A DNA stretch of 40,366 nt from Bacteroidota bacterium. GTDB taxonomy: Bacteria > Bacteroidota > Ignavibacteria > UBA10030 > SZUA-254. The translations under genes and the position numbers were made by a program. Position 1 is the stretch's first letter. Each line of letters opens with the position of its first letter. The DNA lies in the NCBI GenBank assembly GCA_033852415.1, contig JAWOMQ010000179.1, forward strand, positions 1-40,366. The letters run 5' to 3'. Below, piece by piece: positions 8,208 through 15,943 of this stretch. The notes beneath the pieces were generated by a model. That model did no database searches. It had not been told where the DNA came from and saw only the letters and a program-made list of their open reading frames with translations.

Positions 8208-8226
8208 GTTTCTGCGAGGAAGCGAG

Positions 8227-9189
8227 TCAATTTCTCGCCGTCATCATATCGAGCGCGAGCTTGAAGGCGTGCTGTTTGATCCTCTCACCGGAGCCGAACC
8301 AGATCGACCGCAAGCGCGTCGAATCACCATTTGTGAGACGGCGATAATAATCCACATACTCCGTGACGGCGTTATACGCGCCCCAGAGCGTTCCACGGGC
8401 GAGATCAGCGCCTTTCCCGACATGCGCAAGCTCGAAGACCTTTTCCCGGACAGGGTTCCTCCGATGGGGGCAGCCGTTTGTGAGAGGATCGGGGAAGACC
8501 TTCGCTACGTAATCAGAGAGTACTCGTCCATCGATTCGGGTACTGCTCATCTGGTTGAAGATGTGATCGAGCTCTTCGTAAAGTTTGTTCGTGAGCCCAA
8601 GAATCTCGTGTGCCTCTTTCATGCGCTCCGATGCGTGCGCGGTGTGTCGGATACGGACTTCCTGTTCCGCGCCGCTCAACGCGAGGGAGAGTGTGTTCTC
8701 GCAGACAACACGGATCGGTGTGAGCTTCACTCGCACGACGCTACTGCCGTCATGGGAGTTCGTGAGGAGGAGGAATTTCTCGACAAGATCGTTTCCCCTG
8801 ACGCGGATATAATCGGGAAGCTTGGCTAAGAGCCAGATGCGTTCTCCTTTTCCCAAGGCTCCTGCCGTGTGGTAGATTGCTTCTCCTTCTCCGACTAAAG
8901 CATCGAAGGTCATGAAAGCTTCGTGGTTCTGTATCGGAACGTAGCGTGATCCCACGACACCCAAGACTTGGTTTGTATCCATCCGAACCGTAGCGAAGTG
9001 GGACTCGATGGGGAGAGCTGTTTCTGTGGTAAGGGGAATCTTATGGACGGTAAAACCCAATCCTGCTGATTGAATTGCTTCCTCGGCCGTGGCCGGTTCG
9101 TCGAGCTTTGTGCCGAGCTTGTGCCAAGGCACTTCGCCGACGTACATCATGCCGATCTGGCCATTGGCTTCATTGAGGTTGTGACCCAT
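8227..9189 (-). CDS. DUF932 family (phage/plasmid-like) protein
   Basis: PWHKLG, LGVVGSRYVPIQN, TAGAL..GERIW, NSHDGS, TPIRVVCENTL, IRHT, GTLWGAYNAVTEYVD; AAGGAG RBS before ATG 9189. Confidence 0.92.
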   Translation of the reverse strand: MGHNLNEANGQIGMMYVGEVPWHKLGTKLDEPATAEEAIQSAGLGFTVHKIPLTTETALPIESHFATVRMDTNQVLGVVGSRYVPIQNHEAFMTFDALVGEGEAIYHTAGALGKGERIWLLAKLPDYIRVRGNDLVEKFLLLTNSHDGSSVVRVKLTPIRVVCENTLSLALSGAEQEVRIRHTAHASERMKEAHEILGLTNKLYEELDHIFNQMSSTRIDGRVLSDYVAKVFPDPLTNGCPHRRNPVREKVFELAHVGKGADLARGTLWGAYNAVTEYVDYYRRLTNGDSTRLRSIWFGSGERIKQHAFKLALDMMTARN

Positions 9190-9287
9190 GAGTTGTTGCT
9201 CCTTTCTGTGTATGGTGACGTTGGTTGATATGCACCCCTTTGAAGTTTTCAAAGTGCACGCTCAGTTTCATGCATCATTAACTCACC

Positions 9288-9318
9288 AACAAGGAAGCTC
9301 AACCTGCCGCAAGCGACA
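9288..9318 (-). promoter_or_regulatory. Element-specific motif copy 3
   Basis: Minus strand TGTCGCTTGCGGCA-ggttga-GCTTCCTTGTT in the divergent DUF932/ATPase intergenic region. Confidence 0.6.
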
Positions 9319-9384
9319 TGGGATGCTTTCTTTCAGTTACGGTGCGAGGAGCCATACAATGTGTTCACTTCAAGCGAAGCAATC

Positions 9385-10707
9385 ATGGAGAACAAAGACA
9401 AAGAACCCTTGACGCCGATCGCGGTGACGAACTGGCGGGACATCCGACGGGTGTTTGGCATCAAACAAAAGAATCGGAGGGGTCATATCTACGTGATCGG
9501 AAAGACAGGCACGGGAAAATCGACGCTCATGGCTCGGATGATGATCGACGACATGCAGCAAGGGTACGGCATCGGGGTCGTCGATCCACATGGCGATCTC
9601 GCAGAAACAATCCTCCAACACGTACCGAAGGAGAGAGTGAACGACGTGATCTATTTCAATGCTGCGGACTTTGACTATCCCATACCCTTTAATCCCTTGG
9701 AGCAAGTTCCAAATCAGGAGCGACACCTTGTGGTGTCTGGACTCCTATCCGTATTCAAGAAAATGTGGCATGACTTCTGGGGCCCACGGCTTGAACACAT
9801 ACTCCGCCATGCGCTCTTTACACTCCTTGAGGTTCCCGGAAGTACGCTCCTTGATGTCCCCAGGTTACTGACAGATGCAGAGTTTCGGAAGATGGTGTTA
9901 ATGGGCGTGAATGATCCTCATGTGCGCGCCTTCTGGACACGAGAGTTTGATAAGTATTCGGCCTGGCTTCGCTCGGAAGCGACATCTCCCATCCTCAACA
10001 AAGTGGGGCAGTTCCTCACAGCTCCGCCGCTTCGGAACATCGTCGGGCAACCGCATGATTCCTTCAGGATGCGCGAGGTAATGGATGAGGGGAAGATTCT
10101 GATCGTGAATCTCTCGAAAGGGAAGATTGGGGAAGACAACTCTTCGCTCTTAGGCGCGATGATTGTTACTGAGCTACAGCTTGCAGCCATCAGTCGCGCG
10201 CATCTCCCGGAACATGCTCGCAAGGCCTTTTATCTCTACGTGGACGAGTTCCATAACTTCCTCACGCTCTCGTTTGCCGATATGCTTTCAGAAAGCCGGA
10301 AGTATGGGTTGAATCTCATTCTCGCACACCAGTACCTTGATCAAATGCACGAGAAGGTGCGCCTGGCGGTTTTTGGGAACGTGGGAACGATCATTTCGTT
10401 CCGGGTTGGTGCGGAGGATGCGAAGTGCCTGGCAAGGGAATTTCACCCCACTTTCGATGAAACTGACTTTGTAAATTTGCCAAATTACCAAATTTACCTA
10501 CGGTTGATGGTTGATGGTGCCACATCGGAGCCATTTAGCGGAACGACTATGGCACTCGGCCATTCCGGCGGGGATCAAGGTTCCCGTTGTGTGGAAGCAT
10601 CAAGAGCAAATTACGCGCGGTTGCGGAGCAACGTGGAGATCCAAGTTCTGGAAAGGTGCGCTACGTTGGCAAATAAGAAGAAACGCCTCCCCCTTGGGTT
10701 GTTATAA
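9385..10707 (+). CDS. Soluble VirD4/TraD/HerA-like P-loop ATPase (type IV coupling protein-like)
   Basis: HIYVIGKTGTGKS (Walker A), VVDPHGDL, FNPL, LYVDEFH (Walker B), SESRKYG, LAHQY, FGNVGT; no TM segments. Confidence 0.88.
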   Translation: MENKDKEPLTPIAVTNWRDIRRVFGIKQKNRRGHIYVIGKTGTGKSTLMARMMIDDMQQGYGIGVVDPHGDLAETILQHVPKERVNDVIYFNAADFDYPIPFNPLEQVPNQERHLVVSGLLSVFKKMWHDFWGPRLEHILRHALFTLLEVPGSTLLDVPRLLTDAEFRKMVLMGVNDPHVRAFWTREFDKYSAWLRSEATSPILNKVGQFLTAPPLRNIVGQPHDSFRMREVMDEGKILIVNLSKGKIGEDNSSLLGAMIVTELQLAAISRAHLPEHARKAFYLYVDEFHNFLTLSFADMLSESRKYGLNLILAHQYLDQMHEKVRLAVFGNVGTIISFRVGAEDAKCLAREFHPTFDETDFVNLPNYQIYLRLMVDGATSEPFSGTTMALGHSGGDQGSRCVEASRANYARLRSNVEIQVLERCATLANKKKRLPLGLL

Positions 10708-10869
10708 CATGATACATCATGGATCCCATCAGTAACGTATTGACTTGGACCCTCTCTCGTTTATGGCATTCTTTATCACGGAAACGGCATCATCATTATG
10801 ATGTGAAATGATTTGTGACCTGCTCCCATTTGCTGTATTTGTGTACGCCGATTTATCAACATAATATAA

Positions 10870-11024
10870 ATCCCGTATACGAGCGGTGCGGCGCTGGGGA
10901 GGCGACAGTGCAGGCACGTGGGGACTCGTACACGGGATATATGTCCTTTGCCGGACAATGAAACCTGCGCGGTGGGAGGTAAGACGCGCACGAGAACGAA
11001 GCCTTCTACGCCAGGCAGAGAGAC
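10870..11024 (+). other. Twin-hairpin structured element B (homologue of element A, inverted orientation)
   Basis: Stem ATCCCGTATACGAG/CTCGTACACGGGAT enclosing CTGGGGAGGCG and CACGTGGG; second hairpin TGCGCG-gtGGGAGGtaaga-CGCGCA inside an outer stem 10943-11024. Confidence 0.6.
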
Positions 11025-11447
11025 GAATCACACGCGAATACGGAAAAGAACGGAGCGATCAGGATGATGGAAAGTGACGATTGAAGATAAAGAGAGATTT
11101 TGAAATTGTCAAGACTCTAAGACAAAAAGCCCGACCAATTATGATCGGGCTGCATAACAAGAGAAGAATAGTGATCGAACACGGCGAAATTACGCAGGTT
11201 CCTTGCAAGAAGCAAATTATCAAACGGTTAAATCTTTGCCCCTTCACCCCTTGTCATTTATTGGGGTTGGCAGGGTGTCGGGGAGGTATCTCGCCATCTA
11301 TGAATCCACGAATGAGTCGAAAGGGAGCTTTTCCCAAACCATAACCCTTCCTGATACCGCCTTCCCTGATTCGAGCACCGCGGGATTCTACCAGCAAAAT
11401 GAGCAAATATACTCGCACAAATACATCTATTTTTCGTAAAATTTAAC

Positions 11448-11476
11448 TTGACTTTCATCTCTCGTCTTCATAAATT
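11448..11476 (+). promoter_or_regulatory. Putative sigma70 promoter of the secreted-protein pair
   Basis: TTGACT-N17-TAAATT. Confidence 0.6.
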
Positions 11477-11594
11477 GCGACCATCACGCGGGTAGGCGTT
11501 CTTTCAAATCAAAGTTCTGCACGTAATTAAGAATCCAATACAGTTTTTGTGCGAAGGGTGTATCTCTGGAGAAACACAATTCGGAGGATAGCAT

Positions 11595-12278
11595 ATGAAG
11601 AAAACCATCTGCGTCGGCCTGATTCTGCTGCTTGCTACTGGTCTGTGTCATACGCAATCGAGCTTGAGCTCTGGCGAGCGCAAGATGCGAGGCATAGATA
11701 CTATGCTAGCTCACCATGGAATAACACGGGAAATGTCTCAGAGGATGAAAGAGAAAGGGCTGAATCTCAGGGATGAGCTGAGATATCGAACTAAACCCTT
11801 TGAGGTGGTAAACGTTTTTGTTTTTGATGTTGTGGTTGTAGGAAAAGTGAAAAGAATGATTGATTTACCTGCACCTAGGACTGATCCGTTCCATTCAAAA
11901 GCTGTAGTCGAGGTGAGCCAAGTGCTCAAAGGCCTCTCACCTGACACTAAGGAGATCGAGGTCCTACGGGAGAGTGGCCCGTTAACAGGAGAAGGGGATG
12001 TGCGCTTGCGTACTTCGTTGGAAGCATCGTTGGTCGTTGGTGAGGAGGCAGTCTTCTTCCTGGAAAAAATAGGAACCGCTACCTACATCCAGACTCCGTT
12101 CCGGACATACTTTAGAAACCACCCCGACAAATATTCCTCGGATGCGCTCTGGTTAGAGGGCGGTGCAAAGCTATCTATCAAGAATGGCGAGATATTCGAC
12201 GAGCATTTGAAGCAATATCGATCAATCAGCACAGTGATTCAAAACATGAAGGACGCACTTCAACTTTTGGCCAATTAG
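11595..12278 (+). CDS. Secreted protein, probable TIMP-like/NTR OB-fold domain
   Basis: GGAGG RBS; signal peptide MKKTICVGLILLL...; pattern DVVVVGKV...VEVSQVLKG...IEV....G...LVVGEEAVFFL. Confidence 0.6.
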   Translation: MKKTICVGLILLLATGLCHTQSSLSSGERKMRGIDTMLAHHGITREMSQRMKEKGLNLRDELRYRTKPFEVVNVFVFDVVVVGKVKRMIDLPAPRTDPFHSKAVVEVSQVLKGLSPDTKEIEVLRESGPLTGEGDVRLRTSLEASLVVGEEAVFFLEKIGTATYIQTPFRTYFRNHPDKYSSDALWLEGGAKLSIKNGEIFDEHLKQYRSISTVIQNMKDALQLLAN

Positions 12279-12298
12279 AAAACGAGAGGGAGCCGGAT

Positions 12299-14761
12299 AT
12301 GAAAACGACAATCGTTTGTTTGTGCTGTCTTTTGGTCTTTCTCCTCACTCAAATCACTACGTACGGCCAGTGCTCGCTTTATACTGGTGCAAAGTGGTCT
12401 TCTCCGGATGTTACGTACAAATTTGCGAGCACCTGGCCAAGCGGGTGGAGTACCACTGGTGTTGTCTCTGCCGCGACGATATGGGTTGAGAGTGCAAGTT
12501 GCTTCAGCCTTGATGTCAGTTCTTCTTCGACCAATCTTATTGACCAAGGACCGCTTGGAGATGTGACCACTGATCCATTCCCTGAATTCGCTGCAACAAC
12601 AGCGACTCTGAATGGGGCTGAGACTGAGGTGTTGGGATGTTACACCCAATTCAATAACGATCCGTCCGTGACATGGTATACTGGCAGTTCCGCGACCATC
12701 CCTAATGGAGATGCTGACATGGAAACAGTCGCACTGCATGAATTCGGATTATGGCTTGCCCTTAACGAGACTGGTTCCTATTCAAGTGTGATGGGACCAT
12801 ATTATTTTGACTATGACGGAAACGGTCTAGTCCGCCGAGATCTCACGGATGACGTGTCCGAATGCGTCGAGGCGATCTACTGCTCAACAACGGGGATATG
12901 CGAGACGAACTGTCCTCTGCCGGCACCAACCAACTTTCAAGCGGCGGTTGTTGGCTCAGACGTCCATTTGAGCTGGGATCCTTGTCAGGGTTGTAGCACA
13001 AGTGCGTTCTGGACCGGCTTAACACTTGAAATAAATTTCAGCGAGGTAGCGTTGAATGCCAACGCCACCTCGTACGTGGATGCGGGTGCTACCGCGCGAT
13101 TTCCTTTGACCTACAGGATTGTAGCAAATGGGATGATTGACATGGAATATACCGCTCAGTCAGCGAGCCCTATCATCTCGTTCTCACCGATACCAGGCGG
13201 ATGGGATATGTTGAGTGTGCCAAGTATTCTAAAAGATTTCAGCAAGTCATCTGTTTGGCCAACTGCGAAATCGCCAGCATGGCAATTGATAGATGGTAGC
13301 TATGCGGCAGCCGATCCTGTGACAAATGGGCCAGGTTACTGGGTTGATTTTCAACCCGGGCAACCACAGACAGTAAAATACGCGGGCGATCCTTTGGACC
13401 AGCTTGGTATTTTAGTTCATAGTGGGTGGAATATAATTGGTGCGATGCATCTCCCAATTAATACTGCGACGATAGTATCGACTCCCACAGGAAACATTAA
13501 CTCACCCTATTTCGGATACGCACCCAATAGCGGTTATTATCTTGCACCCGCGCTTCAGGCGGGCTCAGGATACTGGGTGAATGTTAATGAGACGGGAATA
13601 CTTACCCTTGATCCGACATCAACTGCAAACAACCCGCCGCCAATAATTCAAGTCCAACCCCCCTCACCCCCTGGAGCGCCGCCAACGCCTGTACCTCTAT
13701 CCCCCTCGAACGGTGCTACGGGGCAACCATTGTCCCTAACTCTCAGCTGGTCCTCCTCCACGGGGGCGACGAAATACCACATGCGAGCTGCATCTGATCA
13801 AAATTTTAACAACCTGATATACGATAACTCGAATCTCACTGTTACCTATGCCTCGCTTGGGGGGTTAAGCTACGACTCGACCTATTACTGGGAGGTAAAT
13901 GCGTCCGATAGCGTGACCAGCCAATGGTCAAATATATTCAAATTCACGACGCAGGATCCTCCCTCGGGTGGGGGTGGAGGGTGTCAATGTTGTGCTAGTT
14001 CGATATCATCGTTAGACCAACTCACTGTCTCTGATTACAACGGGTACAGTCAGAAGCTCTACTTGGTAAACGGCAATCGGTTCGTAGACCTGGGTTTCAC
14101 AAACTATGGTATGCCGCCTCCACCTCCAAGAGGGATTTTCAATGCGCGATTCAGCTCTGGCAATCTGATTGAAACTATAGTACCCAACCCGCACGCACAG
14201 ACGCGGGTACCAATCCTGATAAAGGATGCTACCCTCCCGCTAGTGTTGAGCTGGGATCTTAGGACAGAGAATGCACTGAAGTATGTGCTTACACTTCCGG
14301 GGGTTTACGGACAGACCAAAGTTTCACTCGACGGTCAAACTGGAAGTATGGTTATTGGGGACTCTGGAAACGGGGTGCTAAACCTTAGTGTCCAACCGAT
14401 GCAGATAGCACCCTGCCCACCAGCGCAGGTAACGGTCAAACAAGGTGGGGAGAATGAAGAACTTCACCATACCCCCGCAGGCACGAAGCTGCTTTCAAAT
14501 TATCCTAATCCATTTAACCCATCGACAACCCTGCCCTATCAGCTCAATGAACCTGCGCGAGTGCAGATTAAGGTGTACAATCTTTTGGGAGAGGAAGTGG
14601 CAAAGTTGGTTGATGACGAATGGAAGGGTGCGGGCTATTATTCCGTAACGTGGAACGCAACGAAGATGGCTAGCGGCGTGTATTATGTGAGGATGGTGGC
14701 CACGGATATTTCCGCGAAGCATGTCTATCAGACTGTCGAGAAATTAGTATTGATGAAGTAG
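12299..14761 (+). CDS. Secreted multidomain protein: degenerate matrixin (M10)-like domain, FN3-like domains, C-terminal T9SS type-A-like sorting domain
   Basis: Signal peptide; DMETVALHEFGLWLALNE...SVM; PAPTNFQA..V.LSW; LSPSNGATG..LSW; NYPNPFNPSTT...GVYY...KLVLMK. Confidence 0.82.
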   Translation: MKTTIVCLCCLLVFLLTQITTYGQCSLYTGAKWSSPDVTYKFASTWPSGWSTTGVVSAATIWVESASCFSLDVSSSSTNLIDQGPLGDVTTDPFPEFAATTATLNGAETEVLGCYTQFNNDPSVTWYTGSSATIPNGDADMETVALHEFGLWLALNETGSYSSVMGPYYFDYDGNGLVRRDLTDDVSECVEAIYCSTTGICETNCPLPAPTNFQAAVVGSDVHLSWDPCQGCSTSAFWTGLTLEINFSEVALNANATSYVDAGATARFPLTYRIVANGMIDMEYTAQSASPIISFSPIPGGWDMLSVPSILKDFSKSSVWPTAKSPAWQLIDGSYAAADPVTNGPGYWVDFQPGQPQTVKYAGDPLDQLGILVHSGWNIIGAMHLPINTATIVSTPTGNINSPYFGYAPNSGYYLAPALQAGSGYWVNVNETGILTLDPTSTANNPPPIIQVQPPSPPGAPPTPVPLSPSNGATGQPLSLTLSWSSSTGATKYHMRAASDQNFNNLIYDNSNLTVTYASLGGLSYDSTYYWEVNASDSVTSQWSNIFKFTTQDPPSGGGGGCQCCASSISSLDQLTVSDYNGYSQKLYLVNGNRFVDLGFTNYGMPPPPPRGIFNARFSSGNLIETIVPNPHAQTRVPILIKDATLPLVLSWDLRTENALKYVLTLPGVYGQTKVSLDGQTGSMVIGDSGNGVLNLSVQPMQIAPCPPAQVTVKQGGENEELHHTPAGTKLLSNYPNPFNPSTTLPYQLNEPARVQIKVYNLLGEEVAKLVDDEWKGAGYYSVTWNATKMASGVYYVRMVATDISAKHVYQTVEKLVLMK

Positions 14762-14779
14762 AGAGATGGGTAAAGATCC

Positions 14780-14812
14780 AAAAAGCCCTGCTCTTTAGGG
14801 GCAGGACTTTTT
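14780..14812 (+). terminator. Intrinsic (probably bidirectional) terminator
   Basis: AAAAAG-CCCTGCTC-ttta-GGGGCAGGA-CTTTTT. Confidence 0.75.
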
Positions 14813-15004
14813 ATTGCGCCCGTACGATCTTCGGGTGATGCTCAAGCTCCCGTATGACTTGCTCTCTCAAGGGGTTTGTGATGTGGGCGTACATACGGGT
14901 GTTTTGAGTGTTGCGATGACCACGTTGGTCTGGGACTTACTCGTAGGTAGGTCTCATAAATGCGAGGCGTGAGATTGGAATTCGGGTCCTCGGCGGCGTG
15001 TCAC

Positions 15005-15943
15005 TTATCGTCTGGGCCCCATAAATTTTTCGCCGTTGAAGTGGATCATATGATCAGGATGTTCCACAATCCACACTTCTGTTTCCCAAGCGAGGTTGCT
15101 TGTGTGGCGCTTAAACTCACCGAAATCAGGGAATGCCGACACGTAAATCTTGCCTGCTTCACAATTCTTTAGAAATTCTTCGAGTTCCACGATTCGCTTA
15201 GGCGTTACGGGTCCATGTGAAGTCACTGCTTCGATAAGATACAGCCAATTCTTGGCGGGATCGTAAATCACGACATCAGGTAACTTGCTGTGCTGGTCAA
15301 TCGGAATTCCGAGCTTGGTCAGCATCCTGGAATCCATATGCAAGTCCTTCTTCGCGGCATCGCCAAGGTATAGTAAGAGAGAGCCCTTTGCGAAACGGGA
15401 AGCAAATTGATTTACGATGGCGGCCTGCACTTGGTTATGTTTTCCAGGAGAAAGAGTTATCGTGGTTCCATCTGCAAGTTTCAACGGGATGAGTGTCAGT
15501 TCACGGTCCTTGACATACTTTTTCTTCAGCTCGCCTACTTCGGTTTTGAACTTCGCCAATGCTATTGACCATCGTTTTGTCCCGAAAGTTTTGATCACCT
15601 CAAGAGCGGTTTTCGAGATCGCATAATGTGCATTCGGGCTATTTACGGGGAGGAGCGGATTGTCGGGATTGTAATCGGCAAGTCGTGCCTGAACGAATTG
15701 GTGCAACACTTGCCGCCTCACTGTTTCCCGAGTGTTGGGAGCATAGCGGCGTTTGTACTGCTTGGCTATGAAATCCATGATTCCCTTAGTGACCTTCAGA
15801 CTAGAGCGTTGAGCATCTTTCCACGCATCCCTTTGTTTGATGCTGCAAAGAGCAAGCAGCGTCAGGGCAGAAATTTCGTTTTGTTGGGCCTCGGGAAGGC
15901 CCAATTCTTGTAGGATAGTCTGAGCTTCTTTGATTTTATTCAT
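15005..15943 (-). CDS. Type II restriction endonuclease, BsuBI/PstI family
   Basis: LGLP..QQNE, YAPNTRETVRRQVLHQF, LSPGKHN, KLPDVV, LIEAVTSHGP, AWETEVW...HMIHFNG; start ATG 15943 overlaps the MTase end. Confidence 0.93.
   Translation of the reverse strand: MNKIKEAQTILQELGLPEAQQNEISALTLLALCSIKQRDAWKDAQRSSLKVTKGIMDFIAKQYKRRYAPNTRETVRRQVLHQFVQARLADYNPDNPLLPVNSPNAHYAISKTALEVIKTFGTKRWSIALAKFKTEVGELKKKYVKDRELTLIPLKLADGTTITLSPGKHNQVQAAIVNQFASRFAKGSLLLYLGDAAKKDLHMDSRMLTKLGIPIDQHSKLPDVVIYDPAKNWLYLIEAVTSHGPVTPKRIVELEEFLKNCEAGKIYVSAFPDFGEFKRHTSNLAWETEVWIVEHPDHMIHFNGEKFMGPRR

Noticed and set aside
8206-8829. 207-aa plus-strand ORF
   Set aside because: Antisense shadow of the well-supported DUF932 gene, with no recognisable motifs
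871-9318. The GGCA...GC motif as sigma54 promoters
   Set aside because: GG-to-GC spacing is 8 nt in all three copies, whereas sigma54 requires GG-N10-GC
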